Assembly (NCBI RefSeq): GCF_009914755.1
Contig: NC_060933.1
Length of the DNA stretch: 64,000 bases
From: the human T2T-CHM13v2.0 reference genome, Homo sapiens
Strand: one strand, 5' to 3'
Each line of letters starts with the position of its first letter. The stretch's first letter is position 1. The translations under genes were made by a program, and so were the position numbers. Below, in pieces: positions 1 through 19,399 of the stretch. The notes under the pieces were generated by a model. That model did no database searches, was not told the origin of the DNA, and worked only from the letters and a program-made list of their open reading frames with translations.

Positions 1-190
1 TTGTTTGGCAACTCATTAACTTAACAGTGAAATAATATGAAGAGTTTGGGGTATTAGTATTACCCTCATTTTTAAATAAGGAAATTGAGATGCAGAGAGG
101 TTAAGTAACTTGTCTAAGAAGTATCAGAACTGAGATTAAAGCCAAGAAGTCTGATTCCAGAGTCCATTCTTTTAACTGCTAAAGTATGGG
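1..190. mobile_element. MIR SINE fragment
   Basis: MIR core-like text: aaataaggaaattgagatgcagagaggttaagtaacttgtctaag...ctgattccagagtcc. Confidence 0.6.
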
Positions 191-324
191 ACCTCAATGT
201 ATGGGTAGATATTTTTGTACACACGTGCACTTTCATATGTATAAATAAATAGGAATGAGAAAGATAAGAAAGAAAGAACCGATTAGGTGTGAACCTTGCA
301 TGATGAAATGAATGATTATCTAGA

Positions 325-640
325 TGGGATTTTTCTTAACATTTTTGTGCTATGGGCCCTTCTGGCAATCTGGTAAGCTTCTGGACTCCTCAGAACAAAA
401 ATATATGTATATTTTTAAGAGCTGAAATGCAATATAGAGGATTACAAAGGAAACCAGTTATATTGAAATATCAAATATTTTTAAGTTGAGACATAACAAT
501 ATTCTGCCATAATTTTTTATGAATGTATTAAATAGCAAGGTGTTGGGGCAAGTCTTACAGCTATGATAATTTTGAAATAGCAGTGAGTGAAAATGATATT
601 TTAACATACCTGCACAAATTATAAGTTATAGAAATATTTT
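325..640 (+). mobile_element. hAT-Charlie (Charlie4-like) DNA transposon fragment
   Basis: Resembles remembered Charlie4a/4z 5' end (tttcttaac...ggcaatctggt...aggattacaaaggaaaccagttatattgaaata). Confidence 0.5.
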
Positions 641-1702
641 ATAAAATCTCAAGTCCTCTCAAAATACAGTATGTCTCATGTTATTATTATTCTCATTTTG
701 CATGTTAGGACACTGAGACTCAGAAGTTGAGAAATTTAGTTGCACAGTTAATAACTGGCAAAGTTGAGCCTCAAACCAAATTATCTGATGATGAATCCTA
801 TGTTCTTTCCATTGTTCCCATGTTGTCACTCTATAACAATAAGCAGAGATTTTTTAATGACAGCAAAATGCCTTCCCAAGATTGTAACAGTATAAAATAT
901 GTAAAGTAAGAAGTGGGTGAAATCAGATGAAATAAATACATCTTGGATGCCATGCAAATATAACATTTTAGAACAAGCAAATAAGATACAAATAGAGACT
1001 ACTCTTGTTACTTGTATTGGGCATTGTGTTGCTGTAGCTATTGTGCGGACTAGCACAACTATAACTGCAAGTGACAGTCATTTCCTCTAACTGCTAGAGT
1101 TGGCGCTCTGGTTTCTGCACATACCAGCCCATTAACCATATGTACTCTTATGCTTCCACAAGCCTTAAAATAACTGAATGCGGTAGAGCAGTGGCTTTCC
1201 AGTCATGCTTCCAGCTCAGCTTTCTGGACTGTGTTGAGACAGAGCACAGGCAGAATGCCAGCCACGTTGAGCAAGCACCAATTGGTCATGGATTAGAGGC
1301 CATCTCCACAGTTGCCAGAATAATTAGCACAACACAGCACAGTAGCCAGCTGCTTTCTATATTAACTGTTCCTGACAGGAATGCAAATTTAAATGCACTG
1401 CCATCCAGTGAATATTAGTTTACATCATAAGCTCTACGTTTGTACAACATGTTACAATTACCAAATATTTCCAAACAATACATTGTTTTATTGGATCATC
1501 AAACAAGTTGCGGTGTAGATTGGACAAGTATTAGCTGAATGTTATAAGTGAGGAAACTAAGGAAGAGAGTAGGGTGGATAGATAAAGGCACAGACCTCGC
1601 TCAGTTACTGGCCAGGAAGCCCAGAACCTAATGGTACCCTCATTATTCAGAAACTAGCCATGAAGCCACTGTCCCCCTAGAGCTACTCAAGACAGGACCT
1701 AA

Positions 1703-2116
<414 letters not shown>

Positions 2117-2337
2117 TAACCCAATAACATCTTCTCTTCTGGGAAATACATATATCGGTTACAAAGAAACAATGTATGTCAGGGAACAAAGAGAAGGCTT
2201 GAAGTTTCCCTGTATCTTATATAAGACTTAGGAAGATGACAGGATTGACCTAAAGTTCTGTGTCCTTGAAGGTGAGTTGCCTATTAACCCCATGATGCTG
2301 ACTCTGCTTTGACCCTGAGGAGCCTAATCAATTAGGA

Positions 2338-2563
2338 CAGGGGTGTTCAAGCTTTTGGCTTTCCTGGGTATTGGAAGAAGAATTGTCTTGGGCTACACAT
2401 AAAATACACTAACACTAACAATAGCTGATGAGCTAAAAAAAAAAAAAATCGCAAAAAAAAAAATCTCATAATGTTTTAAGAAAAATTATAAATTTGTGTT
2501 GGGCAGCATTAAAAGCCTTCCTGGGCTACATGTGGCCCACAGGCCACAGGTTGGATAAGCTCG
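2338..2563 (+). mobile_element. MER30 hAT DNA transposon (MITE)
   Basis: caggggtgttcaa...ggataagctcg termini, internal A-runs; 8-bp TSD aattagga (2330-2337) / agttagga (2564-2571). Confidence 0.85.
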
Positions 2564-3325
2564 AGTTAGGATTATCCCAGAATGTGAGATGGCCTCTGTT
2601 TCTCAGCACTTACTCTTGTGACCATAGTTCCTAATCCTCTCCTTTACTAAAGCTTCTAAGGAGGAATGTCTCTCTAGGCAGAAAGTGTAAATGAATTACT
2701 GTTATCTTGCTAATACTAGCTACTACTATCTTTGCTTAACCTAACAAGATGCCAGTAGAGACTGCCCTTTAATCATGAAAGACAACTAGAGACTAGTCTC
2801 ATTATGGCATATTCTCTATAAGTATCACTGACTCCAGAAGGACTCAAACTGATAAAAGGAACATGCTCTTATACTACATTTTAGTTCTGTTAATGAGTTT
2901 CAGTTTAAATAAATCTTTATCTATAAATACAGTGATAGAATCTTTGGAATCTTCTAGATTAGATATTGAAGGCTCTAGTACAAAGAATATACTGTTGTAC
3001 TACACAGAGTCTTGTGCATAAGGGCTTCTGTTATTATATGTGTTGAATCCAATGCAAAATTTGCCTCCATCTTCAAAAAAGTTCTGAAAAAGAATATCTG
3101 CCTCCTCTAGGAGTTACACACAACCTGAATACATCTGTAAGGCTCTTTCAAATTTCCAGAGCAATGACCTTTCTTGCTTTTTACCAGCGAAGTAAATTGC
3201 TGAAAAGCTAGGAAGTCTTTCTGGGTTCCAGCGTATCCAAGATTAAAATATATGTCGAAGTATTGCAAACTAAAACAGTAGCTTAGTTTCATGCCCAAAA
3301 CAACCCAGGCATTTATCTGGTGTCT

Positions 3326-3363
3326 TTTTTGTTTGTTTGTTTGTTTGTTTGTTTGTTTGTTTT
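3326..3363. repeat. (GTTT)n microsatellite, probably a decayed L1 poly(A) tail
   Basis: Direct read; abuts an antisense L1MA-like 3' end. Confidence 0.9.
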
Positions 3364-5040
<1,677 letters not shown>

Positions 5041-5047
5041 TTTCTCT

Positions 5048-5848
5048 TTTTTTATTTTATTTTTATTTTATATATATATATTTTTATTATACTTTAAGTT
5101 CTAGGGTACATGTGCACAACGTGCAGGTTTGTTACATATGTATACATGTGCCATCTTGGTGTGCTGCACCCATTAACTCGTCATTTACATTAGGTATATC
5201 TCCTAATGCTATGCCTCCCCCGTCCCCCGACCCCACAACAGGCCCCAGTGTGTGATGTTCCCCTTCCTGTGTCCAAGTGTTCTCATTGTTCAGTTCCCAC
5301 CTATGAGTGAGAACATGCAGTATTTGGTTTTTTGTCTTTGCTGAGAATGATGGTTTCCAGCTTCATCCATGTCCCTACAAAGGACATGAACTCATCATTT
5401 TTTATGGCTGCATAGTATTCCATGGTGTATATGTGCCACATTTTCTTAATCCAGTCTGTCATTATTGGACATTTGGGTTGGTTCCAAGTCTTTGCTATTG
5501 TGAGTAGTGCCACAGTAAACATACATTGTGCATGTGTCTTTATAGCAGCATGATTTATAATCCTTTGGGTATACACCCAGTAATGGGATGGCTGGGTCAA
5601 ATGGTATTTCTAGTTCTAGATCCCTCAGGAATCGCCACACTGTCTTCCACAATGGTTGAACTAGTTTACAGTCCCACCAACAGTGTAAAAGTGTTCCTAT
5701 TTCTCCACATCCTCTCCAGCACCTGTTGTTTCCTGACTTTTTAATGATCGCCATTCTAACTGGTGTGAGATGATATCTCATTGTGGTTTTGATTTGCATT
5801 TCTCTGATGGCCAGTGGTGATGAGCATTTTTTCATGTGTCTGTTGGCT
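5048..5848 (-). mobile_element. L1PA 3' end (5'-truncated)
   Basis: ORF 5446-5835 is the L1 ORF2 C-terminus ([46 protein letters not shown]); primate L1 3' UTR and T-rich tail. Confidence 0.95.
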
Positions 5849-5858
5849 TTTAATTTCT

Positions 5859-6175
5859 TTTCTTTCTTTTTTTTCTTTTTTTTTTTTTTGAGACAGGGTC
5901 ATACTCTGTCACCTAAGCTGGAGTGCAGTGGTGCAATCTCGGCTCCCTGCAACCTCCGCCTCCCGGGTTTAAGTGATTCTCATGCCTCAGCCTCCTAAGT
6001 AGCTGGGATTACAGACATGAGTCCAGCCACTGCACCTGGCTAATTTTTATATTTTTAGTAGAGATGGGGTTTTGCCATGTTGCCTAGGCTGGTCTCAAAC
6101 TCCTAGACTCAAGCAATCTACCTGCCTCTGCCTCCCAAAGTGCTGGGATTACAGGTGTGAGCACTGCACCCAGCC
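5859..6175 (-). mobile_element. Alu
   Basis: Poly(T) plus antisense Alu. Confidence 0.95.
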
Positions 6176-6466
6176 TAAGTTTCATTATCCATCTTATTAT
6201 TCTATTGTAAAAGTTTTTATTTATTCTGGAATAAAAGGCCTTATCAAATATGTGTTTTGCAAATATTTCCTCCCAATTTGTGGCTTTTTAAAAATTTTTC
6301 TTAATTGTGTTTTCAAACACAATTTCTTTATTTGGATGAAATCTAATTTATTAATTTTTATGGATTATTCTTTTGTATCATATCTAAGAAATCTCTGCCT
6401 AACACAAAATCAGGAAGATTTTCACCTTCAATTGCTTCTAAAAGTTTTATATAGTTATAGGTTTTA

Positions 6467-7443
<977 letters not shown>

Positions 7444-7503
7444 AGTTATAGGTTTTAGATTTAAGTTTATGATACGTTTTGAGGTAATTTTTATATATGG
7501 TGC

Positions 7504-9056
<1,553 letters not shown>

Positions 9057-9334
9057 TAGTAGTACCTTATAGTGGGGATTAATTATGAATTTAATTTAAT
9101 TTTTTAATAAAGTACTATATTAGGTTTTTATTGCTGTGTAACAAATTAACACAAACTTAGCTTACAAACAACAAACATTTATTACTTCACAGTTTCTGTA
9201 TGTCAGGAATCTAGACACTGCTCAAGCTGAGGCTTTTGCTCGTGGTGTCACAAGACTGCAGTCAAGGCGTCAGCCAGGGCTAAGGTCTCATCTGAGATTT
9301 AGGATTCTCTCCCCACTGCACATTGGCAGAATTC

Positions 9335-9626
9335 TTTTTTTTGAGACAGAGTCTCACTCTGTCACCCAGGCTCGAGTGCAGTGGTGCAATCTCAGCTTCA
9401 CTGCAAGCTCTGCCTCCCGGGTTCACGCCATTCTCCTGCCGCAGGCTCCCGAGTAGCTGGGACTACAGGCGCCCGCCACCACACCTGGCTGATTTTTTTG
9501 TATTTTTTAGTAGCGATGGGGTTTCACCATGTTAGCCAGGATGTCTCAATCTCCTGATCTGGTGATCTGCCCACCTCGGCCTCCCAAAGTGTTGGGATTA
9601 CAGGCGTGAGCCGCTGCACCTGGTCC
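9335..9626 (-). mobile_element. Alu (Y-type)
   Basis: gcaagctc...gggttcacgccattctcc diagnostic; TSD cagaattc. Confidence 0.93.
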
Positions 9627-9679
9627 AGAATTCACTTTTTTAAAGGTACTTAATATGTCAACCTTATTGTTTCTCTATA

Positions 9680-10801
9680 TGCACATTTATTTGTTACTGA
9701 AAATTGAAAAAATAGCATGTTGGAATTTTCTTTTAATATAATTCAAATTTTTAAAAACCAGAAAATCTAATTAGTTATGCTCTAATCAAACTTCTCAATG
9801 TTTTCTTTTCATTCTTTCCCCACAAGTTACCGTGCTTCAAATTCCAGATGTTGGGATTCATCTCACTGACTTAGGTTCTAAAACATATGGGAGCCCTGTG
9901 TGGTGGCTTATGCCTGTAATCCCAGCACATGATAATAATTCAGACTTATTGGTGCTGCTTTGGGTTCAAATTAAAAAGTAGAGCTAAAGTATATTCGAGT
10001 TATTCAAATACATTCAAACTTACACAGATTCCTTATAAATTACTGCTATCAAGGTAAGAAGGAAAAGATACAAGAAGAAAAAGACATCACTCATGATAGG
10101 TTATTATTGGTATACAGTCTATCCTAGCATAGACTGCTGCATAAATTTGCCAGCAAGAAAGAAAAGTACAAGAATAAAGTTTATGACTAAATCACCTCAT
10201 TGTCATAATTTCCTATTCTAGCATTCTCAGAAGGATCCCATCTATGATACATGTAGAAACTGCAGCCACATTTGAATGGTTCAATTCTTGATTCATTCTG
10301 AACCCTCTTAGGCCCAATATTTGTTAGCTTTCGTTTAAGCTGAGAAAAATCTGTTGAGTAACAGGTATCTCAGTTTTACCATCCTTTCTTTCCACAAATA
10401 ACGATGTCCTTTTTCCTCTCCTCCTGTAAGGCAAACCATCTCTGATGTCCTGGAAGGTCTTTGCTTTTCTATCTTGTTGTTGGGGTGAACCTTCTGGTGG
10501 AGGGGAAGGGAATTTGGTACCTGGGTGGAGAATCAAGTTATCAAGGTTCTTTATTAACGTTTTGGAGCAGAAGTTGTGAGAGGCCTCTGAATCATCCTGG
10601 GAATCTTTCTTTGGTGAGCATTTGTGAAGACTTTGGGATCAAGGTGCACATTTGTGATGAGTCGATCAATGGTCTAGTCATAGCTCTAAGCTCCTTCTGG
10701 ATCTTTAGTCCCAGCAGAATGTGTTGCTGAACTCTCAAATTGCTACAAGGTACCCTGGAAAGAACTATGTAGCCCAGAAAGAGCCTGAAAACCTAAACTC
10801 C
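9680..10801 (-). pseudogene. DPPA3: Old processed pseudogene of DPPA3/STELLA (PGC7)
   Basis: Minus strand translates in pieces to SSQMLTK..DSQDDSEAS..SKTLIKNLDNL, YRRRGKRT, MVKLRYLLL and PFKCGCSFYMYHRWDPSENARIGNYD-stop (TAG 10189-10187). These match remembered human DPPA3 motifs (SPQMLTEENSRDDSGAS, TLIKNLSNL, RRGVRT, PFKCPCSFC..WDPSENARIGN). Start is ATC (10666-10664), frameshifts near 10605 and 10385, no introns. 3' boundary uncertain. Confidence 0.88.
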
Positions 10802-12187
10802 AACAAATAGTGATGAACAAGTTGACTACAGTTTTTTTTTAACAATTTTAAAATTCATTGCAGTTTGCTTCTCCAAGGCCAGCAGGAAAGTGTCTCTGCT
10901 GCTTCAAATCTCTACAATTTCTACCTCGGACCTCTAGACACTCTTTTGAAAGACTCACCTGATTAGGTGAAAGCAACCCAAACTAATCTCTCTTGATTAA
11001 CTTGAAGTTAAATGATTAAGAGACTTAATTACATTTGCAAAATCCCTTCATATTTGCCACATAACAAAATCTAATCATGGGAGTGACATCATAGTCCTGC
11101 CCACACTCAAGAGGAAGGGATCATACGGGGCATGTATACCAGGGGCTGGAAGTCTTGGATGCCATGTTAGAATTATCCTACCACAAGTACTGTTGAGAGT
11201 ATCTATATCTTAAGTGGACTTTGAAGGAGTATATCTTCCAAGGAATTTATCCATTTCACTTAAATTGTGAGTTTATAGCATATGACATTCTCTTATTTGC
11301 CTTTTAATATCTGCAGGCTTTGTAGTGATGTCATTCTTGATACTGGGAATTTGTGTCTGCTCTGTTTTTAATGATCAATCTGATTAGAGATTTATTAATT
11401 TAATTTTCCAAGAAACAACTTTTAGCTTCATTGATTTTCTCTATTTTTTTCTGATTTTAATGTAATTGCTCTCTGTTCTTATTTTTCTTATGTACTTCCT
11501 TCTGCTTGTTTTGGGTTAAATTTGCTCTTCTGTTTTAGTGTTCTAAGGTAGAAGCATAGATAATTGATTTGAAACTATTCTTCTATTCTAATTAAAAGCA
11601 TTCATTACTATATATTTCCTTCTAAGCTTCCCTCATGTGTGGTGCAAGAACCTTACAACAACATGTTTTTATTCATTTAATTATGCTTTTTAATTTCCCT
11701 TGAGATTTTCTCTTTAACCCATGGATTATCTTAAATATTTTGTTATTTCTTGTTATTATTCTGTTATTGATTTCTAGTTTAATTACACTGTCATCTGATA
11801 ATACACTTTGTATGACTTCACTTCTTTAAATCTGTTAGTATTCATTCATGACCCAGTATATTGTATATTTTGGTCAAGGTCCCATGGGTGTTTTGAAAGA
11901 TTGAATTTCTGGCTGTCATTAGATGAAGTGTTAAATAAATACCAGTTGGATCCTGTTGCTTTATTTTTGTGTTCAGTTCTTCTGTGTCCTTGCTGATTTT
12001 CATTTTAGTGGTTCCAGCAATTATTGAGAGAAGAGTGTTGAAGTTACCAATTATAATTGTGTTTTCAAGTGTTTCTTTCTATTCTATCAGTTTTTGCTGC
12101 CTGTATCTTGAAGCTCTGTGATTTAGTATGTATACATTTAGGAATTTTATGTATTCTTGGTGAATTGACCCTTTTATTGTTATATAA

Positions 12188-12651
<464 letters not shown>

Positions 12652-13466
12652 TAATCAAGTCTTCTTTTATATCTCAGCCTTTTTATTGATGTATTTACAT
12701 CATTTACATTTAATGTAATTATGAATGTTAAGATTTAAGATTTCCAATTTATTGTGTAGAACACTGCATGTTCCTTCTATTTTTCATTCCTGTCCTCCTT
12801 TCCGTTTCTTGAATATTTTTAGTATTCCATTTTAATTTATATATGGTAGAGCTTTTTGTAATGCTTTATTAAGATATAATTCACATACTATACAATTCAA
12901 AATTTAAAGTATACAATTGAGTGATTTTGTGTATTCAGTGTTGGACAAACGTCACCACAAATGATATTAGAACACTTTCATTATCCCACAGAGAAACCCT
13001 TCACCCTTTGGCTGTTACTCTTCAAATTTGTGCCCAACCCCCAGTCCTAGGCAACTACTCATCTACTTTCTGTCTCTATAGATATGCCAGTGCCAGATAT
13101 TTCACATAAATATAATTATATAATATGTGGTATTTTTTGACTGGCTTCTTTTGCTTAGCATAATGTTTTCAAGGTTCATCCATGTTGAGCATATACTAGA
13201 CCTTCATTCCTTTTGCTGAGTAATATTCCACTGTAGAGCTATACAACATTTTGTTTAACCATTCGTCAGTTGATGAATAGCTTATGGATACTTGCATTAT
13301 TTCCACCTTTTGGCTCTCATGAATAATACTGCAATGGATATTTGTGTACCAGTTTTTGTGTGGACATATGTCTTCGTTTCTCTTGGGTACATACTTGGGA
13401 TTGGAATTGCTGGGTCAAATGGTTACTTAATGTTTTGAGGAACTTCCAGAATATTTTCCAAAGTGA

Positions 13467-13875
<409 letters not shown>

Positions 13876-13943
13876 CTATGTTGTGTTTTTAAATAAATCT
13901 CTTTGTATAGTTTGTTTTCATTGGAGGTTTTTTATTTGTTTCT

Positions 13944-13945
<2 letters not shown>

Positions 13946-13987
<42 letters not shown>
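13946..13987. repeat. (TG)n microsatellite
   Basis: Direct read. Confidence 0.97.
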
Positions 13988-13990
<3 letters not shown>

Positions 13991-14211
13991 ATTGTTCTAG
14001 GTATTAGAATATGTATACTTATTTTATCACAGTCTGTATTTTCCACTTTGAGTACAACATAGAAGCCTTATCACTAATTAGGTCCCTTTACCCTTCTTTT
14101 TGATATAGTTATCTTAAAAATCACCTCTACATAAACTGAGAACCACATCATACAGCAAGGTTATCTTTGCTTTCAATCATCGAAACATAACTCTAAAAAT
14201 TAAAGAGGATA

Positions 14212-14335
14212 AGCCAGGCATGCACTGTAGCCCCAGCTACTCAGGAGGCTGAGGCAGGGAGGATTGCTTTAGCCCAGGAGTTCAAGACCAGCCTGGGCAA
14301 CACAGTGAGACCCTCATTAAAAAAAAAAAAAAAAA
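14212..14335 (+). mobile_element. Alu monomer (FLAM-like)
   Basis: Single arm followed by poly(A). Confidence 0.8.
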
Positions 14336-15314
14336 CTAAAGAGGTTAAAAACAGTCTATTATGTTTCTCACATATTTACATTCTGCTTCTCTTTTTTCAT
14401 TCCTGATGTTCTATTTGTTTCATGAGTGTTCATAGTTGGTTGTTGGAGCACTTTTTTGAGAGTTGTTTTAAAATTCTTGTCATATAATTCTAATATATCT
14501 GTGTCATCACAGTGTCAGTGCCTGTTGATTATCTTTTCTTGTTTAAATTAATATTTTCCAAACTTTTGAGTTGTTTCATAATTTTGGATTATATCTTTGA
14601 CATTTTCTGTATTATGAGACTCTGGATCCTATTTAAATATCTTACTTTAGTAAACGGACAATCTGTCAAGGTTTAGAATGAACATTCTCTTTCAATTTTG
14701 TGGTTCAAATTTCAAGTTAGTTTTCAGAGATCTTGCAGGGCTCTTCTGGTTTGCCCCACCTCTGGGCTGCTCAGGCCCATTTAGAACCAAGGCAATGATC
14801 TAACTATAGTTCAATTCTCAGAGCTTTTGCTATCTTGATTCTGACCAGTTTCACACATGGGCTGCTCAAAAGTGTCCTGACTTTTTGTACCAATTTAAAG
14901 AATTACTTCCTCCAACTTTGTCCTCTCCATATTCCTATCTCCTACTCTCTAATTGGAAAGGGGTAAAATACTACCTCATTGCTATCCTTTGCTTAATTCG
15001 GGGCATTGATAGTTTGACAGGGCTCCTCCCAACGGTCTCTATAGTGTCCAGTGGGGAAAAGAGGTGCAGTTTCTTTTATTGTATGTGTTTTGAGTAGAGC
15101 ATAGTCAAATGGTTCACTCAGCAGAGTTACCTGCCTCCCAGTCTTTTTACTAGAGAGAGTAGACTTCTCTTGAGAACTTTGGCATCTGTGCACCTTGGTG
15201 TTTCTGGATTATAGGCTACTGTAGCCCATAATGGGAGGCAAAAGCAAACAAGCAAACAGAAAACGCTTCAGGGAACTTACCACCAGGTTGTCTCTCAAGT
15301 TCCAAAGTTCCTAG

Positions 15315-15801
<487 letters not shown>

Positions 15802-16155
15802 TAGTGTACAATTGGCATTAATTAAATATTTGTTTCAAAAGACAAGAGTGAGTGAGGGAGGAACATAAGTAGCTCTGTATCTCAAAATGTTAGTTCAGCA
15901 TAATATGATTGAGTCATCAGTTTAAATTCTAGCCCCACCTACTTTCAGTGTGAACATAGACTGGTTACTTAACTTATTTGAGCCTCAGTTTCCTATAATA
16001 TGACAATGGTAATATCTACTTCTTAGGACAAGTAAAAATAAGATGATATACTTAAGCATTTAGCACAATGTTTGATAATAAACAGCGAATATAGTTCCTA
16101 CTTATATTAGTAATAACAATTATCAAATATCACTATCTGTTTCTTATCCTTATAG

Positions 16156-16322
16156 GAAACTCTGCTCTTAAAGACAAAGAAGATCAGTTTGGGAGAACAC
16201 CACTTATGTATTGCGTGTTGGCTGACAGATTGGATTGTGCAGATGCTCTTCTGAAGGCAGGAGCAGATGTGAATAAAACTGACCATAGCCAGAGAACAGC
16301 CCTCCATCTTGCAGCCCAGAAG
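16156..16322 (+). CDS. INVS: Internal coding exon of inversin (ankyrin-repeat ciliary protein, NPHP2); probably exon 3
   Basis: Acceptor ttcttatccttatag| and donor AAG|gtgaga; 167 nt, phase 1 to phase 0. Encodes (G)NSALKDKEDQFGRTPLMYCVLADRLDCADALLKAGADVNKTDHSQRTALHLAAQK with ankyrin TPLM/TALH motifs, matching remembered human inversin residues 36-91. Absent from the ORF track. Confidence 0.96.
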
Positions 16323-16769
16323 GTGAGAAGTAAAATTTCCTTGAAGAGTAAATGTTTTGTGTGATGTCTGCTAGTTGATTAGTGGAACTATGCAATGGAC
16401 AGATAATAAAGAAGTCTCAAATGCATGACTCATAGGTTTTATATATTTTCTCTAAAAGCTGTCTTTAAGCTGCAGAGAGTAAAAGCACAGATAACTATCA
16501 GCGGCTGCATTTCAGGTTCCTCAAACAGTAGAATTTATTCTGTGATCTAAAGTTTATTGGGAAAAAAGTGATCAAATTTATATATACAATGTGATGAAAC
16601 AATGTTACCAATCTATGTATAGGGAAAAAATAAAGACCAAAAAGAAATACTCAAAGATATTAATAGTGGTTGGGTTTAAATTTGGGGAATATATATGGAA
16701 TTTTTTTACTTTTCACTGTTTAAAATTTTTTCCTTAATGAGTATTACTTTTACTATAAAAAGTTGAAAT

Positions 16770-17000
16770 CCCAGCCTGGGCAACATAGTGAGACCCCATC
16801 TCTACAAAAAATTAAAAAATTAGCTGGGCATGGTGGCGCACACTTGCAGTCCCAGCTACTTGTGGGGCTCAGGTGGGAGGATCACTTGAGCCTGGGAGGT
16901 TGAGGCTGCAGTGAACTGAGTTCACATCACTGTACTCCATCCTGAGTGACAGGGCAAGACCCTGTCTCTAAATTAATTAATTAATTAATTTAATTTAATT
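16770..17000 (+). mobile_element. 5'-truncated Alu (J-type) with (TAAT)n tail
   Basis: Starts at cccagcctgggcaac; right arm complete. Confidence 0.9.
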
Positions 17001-18379
17001 TAAAAGGTTGAAATGTCGCTTGAAATATGTGGCATTAAGAAGCATAAAATAAATTTATTTTCTGAATGTATTTTCAACTTTTTAAAATCTAAAACTATGT
17101 TGCCAATATTAATGATTTCACATTTTTAAATGTATTATTAAGAGCTCAGATTTTTAAGATTAAACCCATCAAACAGATAAAATAGGAAGCTTCTACATTT
17201 AGTTAAAGACTTATTCACCTAAAAACTATTTTTCTTCCATAAAATTTTGGTCCATAAAATAGATTTCCAGTGCCTGGTATTTTTCTTTTTGTTATTTTAG
17301 ATTTCTGTATTTTTTGAATAAAAAGCAATTAAAATGAGTTAGATCCAGCGGGAACTATTAGAGTTATTTTCTATTTAAAAATGTGAACCAGATATAGCTA
17401 ATTAATTAAGGGGTTAGAAAAATACCTTTCATTAGTTGAATGCATAAAAAAAGGCTGACATTAAGTTATACTACTGAATATGCTAGTTATATGCGCTTCT
17501 CAGTTAGGTCTGTCAGGTTATTTTCAAAGTTACTTCTCTTGAATTTGGTTTTTATTATAGTAATTTTTTTAAAAATCTCCCTCATTTTCAATCTCAGTTT
17601 TAACTACTTCTCGGGTATTTATAACCTTTCACTTAGGCTTGTCAGCTAATGAAATTATTCACTCGAGAAAGGTAACTCCATTTAACTTGTTATCATAAAA
17701 AAGCAAATAGTTCAGATTGGGAAAAGCCGCAAAATTAAGACTTTGATACCCTTTAGATTTTTCATTATGATTGATTTAGGTGTAAAACTCAGCTTCAAAA
17801 ATGTAGAGTGAAGGAACCTAGCTTAACATCAAGTAGATTATGTGGAGCAAGTGAGGATTTCAGTTGATGATCCAACAGTATAACATCCTGTAGAAGTATT
17901 ATATGACAAAGATGGTTGAAAGAAGGGGAATGTACAACCAGACATGTTAGCTGTAATCTTTTCATCAGATACCATGCATTGTTTTCTTTAGTTTTTTTGT
18001 TTCTACTTTGATTTTTTAATTATAAGTTTTTCATAGTATCGAAGAATAAATAGAACTATGATTTATGTGGTGGTATTTACATAGTTGGTTTTATAACAGA
18101 TTTCATGTTCTTTCAAGTATCTGATAATTATGCATTTCCTTCCTTACTCTGTGTTGCTGTTTGTTTTTACATGCTTGCCAAAAGCAGTAATGGATCCGAA
18201 TTCCCAGAAAAGGATAGTAATAATTCTTTAGTATTCTCCTGTGTCCAATTAAATCTGGGTACTGTGTTAGTTCATTTGTGCTTTATACAAAGCACCAGCA
18301 TTCAGAGATGAAATATAGTATGCACCAGTCAGGAATAAGATAGTAAATGATCTACAAATAATTTTCAAATAATAGTTGG

Positions 18380-18676
18380 AGATAATATGTCCCAGGCCTG
18401 TAATACTCCTTGCCCCCAAAGAGACACAAGCACAAATTCTCTTTAGAGAAAACATCTTCACCTTAAACTTCCAAGATTTTCCCATATTAAATAAACCAAA
18501 CGTGAACTGACAATGAAAGATCACCAAACTCATAAGGGAACAATCTACTATGAATGAGAGTCAGCAGAAACAACAAACAGATTTAGTCTATGAAAAACAT
18601 CAGGGATTGGCATCATTAGAGAAACAATATAAAATAACCACTGATGGAATGCTTAAAGATATGAAAGAAGAAATCA
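18380..18676 (+). mobile_element. HAL1/L1ME-like fragment
   Basis: atgaatgagagtcagcagaaacaacaaacag phrase typical of HAL1/L1ME ORF1 starts. Confidence 0.45.
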
Positions 18677-19275
<599 letters not shown>

Positions 19276-19399
19276 TGTAAATACATAAAAAAATTTTTTA
19301 AAAAAACAAGGAATCAGAAAAATAAGAAACCAACAAGACACTTTCATAACTAGGCATCAATTCTGGCCATAATGGCTTATTTTAAACTAATTTGCCTGT

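Larger units (their letters stand above)
9115..11184 (-). mobile_element. MaLR LTR (MLT1E/F-like) in two pieces, about 9115-9330 and about 10855-11184
   Basis: attgctgtgtaacaaatt...cacagtttctgtatgtcaggaatc start and ...cccacactcaagaggaaggg...ttagaattatcctaccaca end; an Alu and the DPPA3 retrocopy lie between. Confidence 0.7.

Noticed and set aside
16107-16395. Minus-strand ORFs over the INVS exon
   Set aside because: Antisense to the real exon, which is on + with canonical splice sites
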